DNA from: Macrostomum lignano
Lineage: Eukaryota
Direction: 5' to 3'
DNA: 64,000 bases
Assembly (NCBI GenBank): GCA_002269645.1
Contig: NIVC01000765.1
Location: 63,331 to 127,330, forward strand
Part shown: piece after piece, positions 1 through 23,419 of the stretch
Layout: every line of letters starts with the position of its first letter
How positions within the stretch are numbered: the stretch's first letter is position 1
Position numbers and translations under genes: made by a program
Notes under the pieces: generated by a model
What the model saw: only the letters and a program-made list of their open reading frames with translations
Database searches by the model: none
What the model was told of the DNA's origin: nothing

Positions 1-590
1 GACTGACTGACTGACTGACTGACTGACTGACTGACTGACTGACTGACTGACTGACTGACTGACTGACTGACTGACTGACTGACTGACTGACTGACTGACT
101 GACTGACTGACTGACTGACTGACTGACTGACTGACTGACTGACTGACTGACTGACTGACTGACTGACTGACTGACTGACTGACTGACTGACTGACTGACT
201 GACTGACTGACTGACTGACTGACTGACTGACTGACTGACTGACTGACTGACTGACTGACTGACTGACTGACTGACTGACTGACTGACTGACTGACTGACT
301 GACTGACTGACTGACTGACTGACTGACTGACTGACTGACTGACTGACTGACTGACTGACTGACTGACTGACTGACTGACTGACTGACTGACTGACTGACT
401 GACTGACTGACTGACTGACTGACTGACTGACTGACTGACTGACTGACTGACTGACTGACTGACTGACTGACTGACTGACTGACTGACTGACTGACTGACT
501 GACTGACTGACTGACTGACTGACTGACTGACTGACTGACTGACTGACTGACTGACTGACTGACTGACTGACTGACTGACTGACTGACTGA
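1..590. repeat. (GACT)n microsatellite, intronic
   Basis: Perfect tetramer run ending 20 nt before the acceptor at 609-610. Confidence 0.98.
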
Positions 591-610
591 CAACCGCCGT
601 CGCCCTCCAG

Positions 611-12333
<11,723 letters not shown>

Positions 12334-12345
12334 AGTGAAATTCTG

Positions 12346-13232
12346 ACGATGAGATAGAATCCGATGAGATATAATCTGATGAGATATAATCTGATGAGAT
12401 AGAATCTGATGAGATAGAATCTGATGAGATATAATCGGATGAGATAGAATCTGATGAGATATAATCGGATGAGATAGAATCTGATGAGATAGAATCCGAT
12501 GAGATAGAATCTGATTAGATAGAATCCGATGAGATAGAATCTGATGAGATAGAATCTGATGAGATAGAATCTGATGAGATAGAATCCGATGAGATAGAAT
12601 CCGATGAGATAGAATCTGATGAGATAGAATCCGATGAGATAGAATCTGATTAGATAGAATCCGATGAGATAGAATCTGATGAGATAGAATCCGATGAGAT
12701 AGAATCTGATGAGATAGAATCCGATGAGATAGAATCTGATGAGATAGAATCTGATGAGATAGAATCTGATGAGATAGAATCCGATGAGATAGAATCCGAT
12801 GAGATAGAATCTGATGAGATAGAATCTGATGAGATAGAATCCGATGAGATAGAATCTGATGAGATAGAATCCGATGAGATAGAATCTGATGAGATAGAAT
12901 CTGATGAGATAGAATCCGATGAGATAGAATCTGATTAGATAGAATCCGATGAGATAGAATCTGATTAGATAGAATCCGATGAGATAGAATCTGATGAGAT
13001 AGAATCCGATGAGATAGAATCTGATTAGATAGAATCCGATGAGATAGAATCTGATGAGATAGAATCCGATGAGATAGAATCTGATGAGATAGAATCCGAT
13101 GAGATAGAATCTGATGAGATAGAATCTGATGAGATAGAATCTGATGAGATAGAATCCGATGAGATAGAATCCGATGAGATAGAATCTGATGAGATAGAAT
13201 CTGATGAGATAGAATCCGATGAGATAGAATCC
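12346..13232. repeat. 15-bp minisatellite (GATGAGATAGAATCY)
   Basis: Starts about 12 nt after the ACK stop codon. Confidence 0.97.
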
Positions 13233-13894
13233 GTTGACAGAATCTCACAGACTGATAAATATGTAAGGATTATATGTGTGAAATATGTAATAGCGTTAGA
13301 TATGCTTTTATTTCTCTCGCCCGCATTTGCTGATCAAAAATAGATTTGCAACTCTGCTTTCACAAGCGCCTATGTTCTTGCAATTGCGTGCGTGTGGGGT
13401 GGCGGTGCGTTCTCCAGCTTGCTAGCTGTCGTGGAGGACAAACTTTTACTCGTTATATTGTTGTCCGTTGGTTAATTATCAAACGGCATTTGTTGCATAT
13501 ATTACTACTACTACTTGGCTATTATCAGTAGTCTGCATGAACGATGCAAGTGTAAAATGATAATTGCATGAAATTTTGCAACCCCCGCTATACAAAATGC
13601 TGCTTTTATTACCTTCGTATTGAAACCTGTTTTTGCCTGGTGTTAAATGGGTCAGTCATTATCAACTATATGATATCTATTACTTAATTGCTACGATTGT
13701 GCTTCTAATGACCAGATATCCAGATTAATTGCCAGAATACGCACCTGCTATGACCTAAATGGTAAAATGGTAAAAAATGTTAAATGGTAAAATTAATAAA
13801 CTGTGTAACGGAGTGGACCAGACTAAACTTTCCCATTCTCCACACTGAATACGGCTTTTTAACACTGCTGTTTCGTGCATTTTTTCGTGCATCT

Positions 13895-15262
13895 TCCCAA
13901 CCCAGAAGAATCGTCCCCCCCCCCAACCCAGAAGAATCGCCCCCCCCCCAACCCATGAGAATCGCCCCCCCCCAACCCAGAAGAATTGCCCCCCACCCAA
14001 CCCATGAGAATCACCCCCAACCCAGAAGAATTGCCCCCACCCAACCCATGAGAATCGCCCCCCCCAACCCATGAGAATCGCCCCCCAACCCAGAAGAATT
14101 GCCCCCCACCCAACCCATGAGAATCGCCCCCCCCCCAACCCAGAAGAATTGCCCCCCACCCAACCCATGAGAATCGCCCCCCCCCAACCCATGAGAATCG
14201 CCCCCCCCAACCCAGAAGAATTGCCCCCCACCCAACCCATGAGAATCGCCCCCCCCAACCCAGAAGAATTGCCCCCCACCCAACCCATGAGAATCGCCCC
14301 CCCCCCAACCCAGAAGAATTGCCCCCACCCAACCCATGAGAATCGCCCCCCCCAACCCAGAAGAATTGCCCCCCACCCAACCCATGAGAATCGCCCCCCC
14401 CAACCCAGAAGAATTGCCCCCCACCCAACCCATGAGAATCGCCTCCAACCCAGGAGAATCGCCCCCAACCCCAACCCAGGAGAATCGCCCCCAACCCCAA
14501 CCCAGGAGAATCGCCCCCAACCCCAACCCAGGAGAATCGCCCCCAACCCAGGAAAATCGCCTTCAACCCAGGAAAATCGCCTTCAACCCAGGAAAATCGC
14601 CTTCAACCCTGGAGAATCGCCCCCAACCCCAACCCAGGAGAATCGCCCCCCCCCCAACCCCAACCCAGAAGAATCGCTCCCAAGCCAGGAGAATTGCCTT
14701 CAACCCAGGAGAATCGCCCCCAACCCAGGAGAATCGCCCCCCCCCAACCCCAACCCAGAAGAATCGCTCCCAAGCCAGGAGAATCGACCCAAGCCAGGAG
14801 AATCGCTCCCAAGCCAGGAGAATCGCCCCCAACCCAGGAGAATCGCCCCAACCCAGGAGAATCGCCCCCAACCCCAACCCAGGAGAATCGCCCCCAACCC
14901 CAACCCAGAAGAATCGCTCCCAAGCCAGGAGAATCGCCCCAAGCCAGGAGAATCGCCTTCAACCCAGGAGAATCGCCCCCCAACCCCAACCCAGAAGAAT
15001 CGCTCCCAAGCCAGGAGAATCGCCCTCAAGCCAGGAGAATCGCCTTCAACCCAGGAGAATCGCCCCCCAACCCAAACCCAGAAGAATCGCTCCCAAGCCA
15101 GGAGAATCGCCTTCAACCCAGGAGAATCGCCCCCCCAACCCAGGAGAATCGCCCCCAACCCCAACCCAGAAGAATCGCTCCCAACCCAGAAGAATCGCAC
15201 CCAAGCCAGGAGAATCGCCCCCAAGCCAGGAGAATTGCCCCGAGAATCGCCCCCAACCCAGA
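13895..15262. repeat. C-rich ~18-22-bp minisatellite (CCCCAACCCAGRAGAATCG)
   Basis: Immediately upstream of NTMT1. Confidence 0.95.
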
Positions 15263-15315
15263 ATTAATAATCTCCGCAGCCCATAAAATGGCGCCCACCC
15301 CATCGCAGCCCGAGC

Positions 15316-18300
15316 ATGACAACCGACTTAGCCAACAAGCCGGTCCAATTAAACGGCACTTCAAAAGACGCCGCTGATAAAACATCAAAGGATGCCGCCG
15401 CTGTCCCAGAAAATAAAGCTAATAATTGCGATGAGGCGCAGCAGCAGGAGGCTGAGTTCTACACTGATGCGGAGCGCTACTGGGCCACCGTGGAGGCCAC
15501 CGAGGCTGGCATGATGGGCGGCAACGACAGCCTCGATGAGATCGAAATCTCTTCATCACGGATGTTCCTGACCAGAGCTGCCGAGCTGGCCGGGCTGAGG
15601 CAGCTCAACCGGGCTCTGGATTGCGGCTCCGGCATCGGCCGGGTTACCAAGAAGCTCCTGCTGCCGATGTTTGCCACGGTTGACATGGCCGAGGTGACGA
15701 GCCACTTCCTGGCCAAGTCCAGGGAGTACATTGGGGAGCCAGATGCCTCCCGGGTGGGGCGACAGTTCTACTGCGGCCTGCAGGTGAATGGGATGGCCGG
15801 GTTTTGATGGGAAGATTTGGGATTTTTTATGATTTGGGATTCTTGATGAGGAAGATTTGGGATTTTTTATGGGAAGATTTGGGATTTTTGATGGCGAATA
15901 TTTGGGATTTTTGATGGCGAAGATTTGGGATTTTTATGGGTAAAGATTTTTATGGGGATGGTTTGGGATTTTTTTTGGGAAAGATGTGGGATTTTTTGGC
16001 GAAGATTTGGGATTTATTATGGCGAAGATTTGGGATTTTTGATGGGGAAGATTTGGGATTTTTATGGGGATGGTTTGGGATTTTTTATGGGGAAGATTTG
16101 GGATTTTTGGCGAAGATTTGGGATTTATTATGGCGAAGATTCGGGATTTTTATGGGGATGATTTGGGTCAGTGAGCCGCTCAGTGAGAACCAGCATGCCT
16201 TTCGGGCAGGCAGGTCCACGGAGAGCGCGCTTCACGTTCTGGTTGACATGCTGGAGAAAGCCGTTCTTGGTAATGGCTACGCTCTCGCTGTCTTCCTCGA
16301 CATTGTTGGAGCCTTCGATAATGTCCTCTTTGAGGCCTTTGACAGAGCTCTACGTGCTAGAGGAACCCACTCGCACCTCACCCGGTGGATCATGTATATG
16401 ATCAGCCACCGTACTGCCACCGCACACCTGTTGGGCCACCAACGGACGGTAACCGTCTGCAAAGGCAGCCCCCAGGGCGGTGTCCTCTCTCCAGTTCTCT
16501 GGAACATGGTCATCGATGAGCTCCTCCAGGACAGCCATCTTGACCCCATCCTCAAGGTCGGTTACGCCGATGATGTCACAGCCGTGGCATCCGGACCGTC
16601 ACCTGAAACCCTTAGAGATCTTTTGCAAAACTTCATTCGCTCTGCTGAACGTTGGGCGGACAGGTGCGGCCTCAGGCTCTCCGAGACCAAAACTGTCGCG
16701 ATCATGTTCACCAGCAGGGTAAACTGGCGTATTCGCCCACTAAAGCTTTACGGGGTGGAAATTCCATCCTGCAAGCAAACCAAGTGTCTCGGCGTTACGC
16801 TGGACCACCGGCTGAGCTGGTCCACCCACGTCCAGGCCAAAACCAAAAAAGCCCTCGCGATTCTTGCGCAGCTGCGCAGAGCCGTCGGCACCACCTGGGG
16901 CCTCACCCCAAAGCGTCTCTGGTGGATCTATACCGCAATGGTCCGACCGGCCGTTACATACGCCGGCCTGGTCTGGACCAGCGCCTTGCAGATTAAAACC
17001 TGCCACGAAGCCCTCAAAAAGGTGCAGGGACGTGCGTGCCGCATGATCCTGAATGCCCCGCTCTCTGCTCCCTTTGACGGCCTCAACGCCTTTCTCTGCC
17101 TCCCGCCTCTGGACATCTTTGTCCGTCGCGAGGCTGCTAAAACCACCCGCCGGCTCATCGAGGCTGGTGTTAGCTTCAAGCCACAAAGAGCGATGGCGAA
17201 GCGCAAGCTCCTGCCGCACTCTGACCTGTGCCTTAAAGTTCTGGAGGAGAGTGGGAGTGCGGCTGTCCTTTCGGACGCTGAACCGCGCTCCCTCAACCTC
17301 TACCAACGCTTCAAGGTCACGATCCCCTCCAGGGAGAACGCCAACGACAGCTGGGCCCCTCAGGAGGTTCACTGCTTCACTGACGGATCCTCCAAAGACG
17401 GTTTATCCGGCTTTGGAGTCTGCATCCTTATCAACGGCCGCGTGATTGCTACTCACGCCCAACACACTGGCAGACTCTCCAGCGTCTTCCAGAATGAAGT
17501 CCTTGCCATCAGCTCCTGTGCAGCTGAGCTCCACCGCAAGGACTTCAAGGACAGAAGAATCTTCTTCCACTCTGACAGCCAGGCCGCTTTACAGGCCCTG
17601 TGTCACACCACTACGAACTCCCGAACAGTCCGCGACTGTATCGGGCAGCTCAACAAGCTGGCTCGGAGGAACACCGTCCGGCTCACGTGGATCCCAGGAC
17701 ACGCCGGCTTCAAAGGTAACGAGCTCGCCGACTCCCTCGCTAAGGCGGGCTGTTCCGGCTCGCCCCTTGGCCCCGTGCCCCTGGCCCCCATCCCCGCCAC
17801 AGTCATTAATCGTCAGATTAACGACTGGGCGGACATCCTGCACTTGCGCAGATGGGATGGTATCTCCAACTGCCGCCAATCTCGTGCGGCAGTGCCCAAT
17901 CCGTCCCTCAAGCTGCGGAGAATCCTTTTGAATCAAAATCGAAAAGATATCCGCGCTCTCACTATGACCTTCACAGGTCACGGTTGCTTTGCCAGGCACT
18001 GCTTCCTCCGATGTGTTCGCCGGAGTGAACTCTGCCCCTTCTGCAGCCTCGAGAATGAAGATGCCATGCACTTCGTCTGCTACTGCCCGGCCTTCAACCG
18101 AGACCGGCTCAACCACCTCGGGCCCAACCCGTCCCTGGACGACGTTTGCCGGCCCGAGAACATCCCACGGCTCATCCGGTTCCTCCGGGCCACCAAGCGA
18201 GCCTCCGTCTTCCCCACCGAAGACAACGCTGCAGACAGGACCGGCAGACCTCCCTGACCGGCCCCGCGCCCTAGCCTATGCGGGTCTTTCAGGGATTAGC

Positions 18301-19775
18301 GGAATGGGCGACGCTCGCCTCCCCGCTGCGTCTTCGGACCGCCCTGCAGCTAAGTCAAGTAAGTAAGTCAAGGGGATGATTTGGGATTTTTTATGGGGAA
18401 GATTTGGGATTTTTTATGGGGAAGATTTGAGATTTTTGATGGCGAAGATTTGGGATTTTTGATGGCGAATATTTGGGATTTTTTATGGGGAATATTTGGG
18501 ATTTTTTATGGGGAATATTTAGGGTTTTTGATGGCGAAGATTTGGGATTTTTGATGGCGAAGATTTGGGATTTTTTATGGGGAATATTTGGAATTTTTTA
18601 TGGGGAATATTTGGGATTTTTGATGGCGAAGATTTGGGATTATGATGAGGAAGATTTGGGATTTTTGATGGGGAATATTTGGGATTTTTTATGGGGAATA
18701 TTTGGGATTTTTTATGGGGAATATTTGGGATTTTTTATGGGGAATATTTGGGATTTTTTATGGGGAATATTTGGGATTTTTGATGGCGAAGATTTGGGAT
18801 TTTTGATGGCGAAGATTTGGGATTTTTTATGGGGAATATTTGGGATTTTTGATGGCGAAGATTTGGGATTATGATGAGGAAGATTTGGGATTTTTGATGG
18901 GGAAGATTTGGGATTTTTGATGGGGAATATTTGATTTGTTTATGTCGAGGATTTGGGATTTTTATGAGATTTTTTAGATTTTTTGATAGTGGAGATTAAA
19001 GATTTTTCCATAAGGAAAATTTGGGATTTTTTATGGAAATATTTGGGATTTTTTATGGAAATATTTGGGATTTTTATATCCTGGCAAATTAGAAATGTTT
19101 CGATGGAGATGATTTGAGATTTTTGATTGCGAGATTATAAAATTTTTGTTGAGAAGATTTTCGGTTTATGTACGAGTGAGTAAAAGATTGAACTCGTCGA
19201 TGGGAAGTAAGATCGTGGGATATTTGGTGGAATTTCTAAAGAGCGGCTATTAGAAACTTTGATGATGGTTGAAGGTTAGGTTTGAATATACATATATCAA
19301 CCAGTCACTTGATAATTTCGAAGATTTCCTAATTTATAAACGCAAAATTATTTTATTGCTACTCTTAGTAGAGTAAATTGAAAATGCATTGAACGAAATA
19401 AATTAAACTCTATTAATTAATTACCCGCAGGACCTGACATTCCCAGCCGAGACCCGCTACGACCTGGTCTGGGTCCAGTGGGTCATCGGCCATCTGCGCG
19501 ACGCTCATCTGGTGGACTTTCTGCGCCGAGCCGCCGCCTCGCTCAGCCCCTGCGGCATGATCGGCGTCAAGGACAATGTCATCACCTCCCGGGACGACTC
19601 CGAGTACGACTTTGACGAGCAGGACAGCAGCGTCTGCCGGCCGCGGCGCTCCCTGCTGAACCTGTTCAACCAGGCCGGCCTGATCGTCCTGCTTGAGGAG
19701 ACTCAGGAGGGCTTCCCGGATGCCCTGTACCCGGTGCTGTCCTTCGCTCTGGTGCCCAAAGGCCGCTGCGTTTGA
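15316..19775 (+). CDS. NTMT1: Alpha N-terminal protein methyltransferase 1 (NRMT/Tae1 family), 2 exons
   Basis: Exon 1 15316-15783 (FY...YW, GMMGG, ALDCGSGIGRVTKKLLLP, CGLQ). Exon 2 19431-19775 (YDLVWVQWVIGHL, KDN, DEQDSSVCR, SFAL). Phase-0 GT-AG intron 15784-19430. Confidence 0.95.
15805..19075. repeat. ~23-bp minisatellite (GAAGATTTGGGATTTTTTATGGG) split by the LINE at 16168-18371
   Basis: Same unit on both sides of the insertion. Confidence 0.93.
16168..18371 (+). mobile_element. 5'-truncated non-LTR retrotransposon (RT + RNase H + C-terminal Cys/His knuckle; LOA/Lian-like, I group)
   Basis: Uninterrupted frame to the stop at 18257 with GSPQGGVLSP, YADD, FTDGS, WIPGHAGFKGNELAD and CPFC..H..C. 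3' end GCTAAGTCAAGTAAGTAAGTCAA. 14-bp TSD GGGGATGATTTGGG at 16154-16167 and 18372-18385. Clade call rests on resemblance only. Confidence 0.92.
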
Positions 19776-19777
19776 CA

Positions 19778-19950
19778 CTTTGAGTGTCAGACTGTTTGAG
19801 TGTCAGACTGTTTGAGTGTCAGACTGTTTGAGTGTCAGACTGTTTGAGTGTCAGACTGAGTGTCAGACTACATTTGATATTGTCAGGCTGTTTTTTGAGT
19901 GTCACACTGTTGAGTGTCAGACGACTGTTTGAGCTTCAGACTGCCTGAGT
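19778..19950. repeat. 16-bp repeat (TTTGAGTGTCAGACTG) directly after the NTMT1 stop
   Basis: About 5 clean copies, then decayed. Confidence 0.85.
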
Positions 19951-20324
19951 GTCTGTCTGTCTGTCTGTCTTTATCTATCCCTGTTTGTCTGTTCTATTTT
20001 TTGTTCTCCTAAATATACTCGTATAAATGCGCTGCCTGTTACAAGCTCATCTTGTTCCTTGATTGCTTACCTTAATGTAAGTTTTTATGTAATGCATTTC
20101 GTTCTGTTTGCGCTGTCGTTTTAGCGCTGAAGGCAGTGACTTTGTTTACGCAACTTCCTCTCTTAGTTTTTGTTTGTTACTTCTTTCTGATCTCTGTAAC
20201 GTATTTATCAGAGGAGCCCATAAATTATTAAAGAATTCCCTATTATAACTTGCCGGAAGCCTTCATGCAGTAACAACCTCTTTAAGGATCGCCACCCACT
20301 AATCACAAACCATTCCAAAACTAC

Positions 20325-20745
20325 AAACCAATCAGAAACCATCCTATAAACCGCCAACCAATCAGAAACCATTTAAAAATCGCCAACCAATCAGAAACCA
20401 TTTAAAAATCGCCAACCAATCAGAAACCATCCTATAAACCGCCGACCAATCAGAAACCATTCTATAAACCGCCAACTAATCAGAAACCATCCTATAAACC
20501 GCCAGCCAATCAGAAACCATCCTATAAACCGCCAACCAATCAGAAACCATCCTATAAACCGCCAACCAATCAGAAACCATCTTAAAAATCGCCAACCAAT
20601 CAGAAGCCGTCCTATGAACCGCCAACCAATCAGAAACCGTCCTATGAAGCGCCAACCAATTAGAAACCGTCAACAAATCAAAAACCGTCCTGAGAAGCGC
20701 CAAACAATCAGAAAACTCCCTTTAGACCGCCAACCAATCAAAAAC
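20325..20745. repeat. 30-bp minisatellite (CCAACCAATCAGAAACCATCCTATAAACCG)
   Basis: Upstream of the PCS-like gene; each unit carries CCAAT and TATAAA-like words. Confidence 0.92.
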
Positions 20746-20797
20746 AATCTAAAATTTGTCATCCAATTGGCAGCCACTTGAGAAAATCTCTCATTTC

Positions 20798-23081
20798 ATG
20801 TCATCCGACCGCTTGCTGGTGACCTTTCTGGACAGCGACGAAGGCCGACGCCGCCTCTTGGAAGTGTCGCCAATTCGTCCTGCCACGGTTGAAGGATTCT
20901 GCAAGAAGCTGCGCTGCGCCAGCTGCGGCATGGCCTCGATTTCGCTGGTGATGCGGGCGCAGACTGGGGATCAGGTGACCTATGCCGAAGACTTCATCTA
21001 CGACAGGTTTGTTTGTACGAAAAGTGCAGATAACCGGAACTAATTAAACTGTAGATAACCAGAACTAATCAAACCGTAGATAACCGGAAGTATTGGTAAT
21101 CAAACTGCAGATAACCGGAAGTAATCAAACTGCAGATAACCGGAAGTAATAAAAATGTAGATAACCGGAAGTAATCAAACTGCAGATAACCGGAAGTAAT
21201 AAAAATGTAGATAACCGGAAGTAATAAAAATGTAGATAACCTGAAGTTATAAAAATGTAGATAACCGGAAGTAATCAAACTGTAGATTACCGGAAGTAAT
21301 AAAAAATTGAAGTAGTATGGGTTTTCTCGGGGTGGCCTGGTAGGTCTTTGAATCCCACCGCTGCCACCAGTGAAGTACAGGCTGTTTTCTTCCCGGTTTA
21401 GGCACTTAAGATTACCTTAAGTCTCGAGCCTCTTCAGAGGGAAGTTCTCTCAAATCTCAGTAGCGTAAGTAGTGCTGCCACCAGTTCCTTCAGGTCTTGG
21501 CCTTCGGTGAGGTGAGCTTCCCGTCGGAACGAAATAACGAAGTCAACGAACACAGCACCTAGTGCAGAATTGCAGTTCAACGTACTAGGCGTCTCGTCAG
21601 CAGCACCTGCCGGGCTTGGATGGCAGAGGGAGGGCTGAGTTAGTCTCTCGTAGGCTTGGGGCGCTTCAGTCGGGTCTCAGTCAGACCACTACGAACATAC
21701 TCAATGTATGCAGAGACTCAGACACTCAGGACGTGGTCTCGGGAAGAACAAGACTAGCACAGAACTAGACGGAACAAGACTCCTTGACGGAAACAAGGGG
21801 GAGAGGGCTCCTATTTATAGCCGGGAAACACCCACGCAGAAGACCTCGTGACTCGTTCTATTTTTAGAACTGACGTCACTCGAGAGTCTTGGGCAGGGTA
21901 GAAGCGTGCGGAAGACCTCGTGACTTGTTCTATTTTTAGAACTGACATCACTTGAGGTCCCCGGCCAGAGTACACGCGGCTGTGACTCAGTTGCTATTTT
22001 TAGCAACATGAGTCACTCCTCTCCTTAGAGAAGGGAGGGGTCCGAAAGCACGTGACTCACCCGGTAAACAGGGCCAACGAGTGCAGTAAACATGTTTACT
22101 GCACTTTAGGACTTGAAGAACGCAGAGTCTGTCATGTGACTTGCTCACATGACAGAGGAAAACGGGACGGGAACGAAACAGAGACAGCCCACAGCAGAGA
22201 AGCTAAGGGCTGAGAACAAAGACGCAAAAGGCCAGAACAGGCCAAGGGCAGCAGCAGACAGACGAAAGGGAGGGGCGGGAGGCTGACCAGCGGCAGACAG
22301 CAACCCAGGGCGAAGGCGAGGGAACAGCTGACAAGGGCGACGCCTAACCATAAACTAGCGGCTCACTACAAAATGTAGATAAGCGAAAGTAATAAAAATG
22401 TAGATAACCTGAAGTAATAAAAAAGCAGATAACCGGAAGTAATAAAAAATGTAGATAACCGGAAGTAATCAAACTGCAGATAACTGGAATTATTAAAAAT
22501 GTAGATAACCTGAAGTAATAAAAAAGCAGATAACCGGAAGTAATAAAAAATGTAGATAACCGGAAGTAATCAAACTGCAGATAACTGGAATTAATAAAAA
22601 TGTAGATAACCGGAAGTAATAAAAAAGTAGATAACCGGAAGTAATCAAACTGTAGATAACCGGAAGTAATCAAATCTCAATTCCCAGACTCTCCGACATC
22701 AAACCACTGGCTGATTTGGATCAGCGCGGCATGACAGCCGACGATGTGGCCGCCTGCCTGCTGCGTCTCGGCGCCGCCTCCTCGGTACGGCGTCCTGGCA
22801 GCGCCGACGAGCTCCGCGATCTGGCTCTGACTCGCCTGGCTCAAGAGTCATCGTCTATCATTGCCAATTTCCATCTGAAAAGCTTGGGCTTTCCCTCCGA
22901 ATGGGGTCACCTGTCCCCTGTGGCAGCCTACCATCGCGACTCAGACAGTCTGCTCATAATGGACAATGACCCCAAGCCTAACGACCCCTTCTGGGTCACC
23001 ATGCAGGACCTCTACGAATCGATGCGGCCAGCGGACCCGGAATCTGGACTGCCCAGAGGACTCATTTTGGCGGAGTTTTAA
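20798..23081 (+). CDS. Phytochelatin synthase-like papain-fold protein, catalytic domain only, 200 aa, 2 exons
   Basis: Exons 20798-21006 and 22688-23081 (phase 2, 603 nt). Motifs SCGMASISLVMRA (catalytic Cys), RGMT and GHLSPVAAYHRDSDSLLIMD (His, with Asp at +18, the spacing of AtPCS1 H162/D180). Also PFWV and DPESGLPRGLIL. Confidence 0.85.
21040..22672. repeat. ~23-bp minisatellite (TGTAGATAACCGGAAGTAATAAAAA) split by the solo LTR
   Basis: Present at 21040-21307 and 22371-22672. Confidence 0.9.
21308..22370 (-). mobile_element. Solo LTR (TG...CA), in the intron of the PCS-like gene
   Basis: Ends TGTAGTGAG.../...TACTTCA on the minus strand. 4-bp TSD AAAT at 21304-21307 and 22371-22374, interrupting a minisatellite. 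CTATAAATA box on the minus strand near 21812-21820. Confidence 0.85.
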
Positions 23082-23419
23082 CCAAAGTCTACCGATATGT
23101 TGTGTAGTTAATTTTATGAACGTTTTATGACTATTGTGCCTGTCTACATATTTCAATAGGAAGCCTTTTACTTGTCTTAAAGTATAATGCAGTCGAACTT
23201 ATACTTTGAAAAAATATAAAACGCACATTTTCTACTTTAAGTAGCTTCATGAATTTGTATATTAAGCGAATGTCGACATTACCGAAAAACAAACTGGCTT
23301 TTGTTTGATTGACAGCTCAGATTCCGAAATTTCTTCATTATCGACACAGATGAAAGCCAGAAGTGCTGACTGTATATGCGCCATGTGCTCATGGCGAGAT
23401 TTGAAACTGGTGATATAAT

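Noticed and set aside
15936-16167. N-terminus of the 773-aa RT ORF
   Set aside because: Host minisatellite in frame by chance; the TSD puts the LINE start at 16168.
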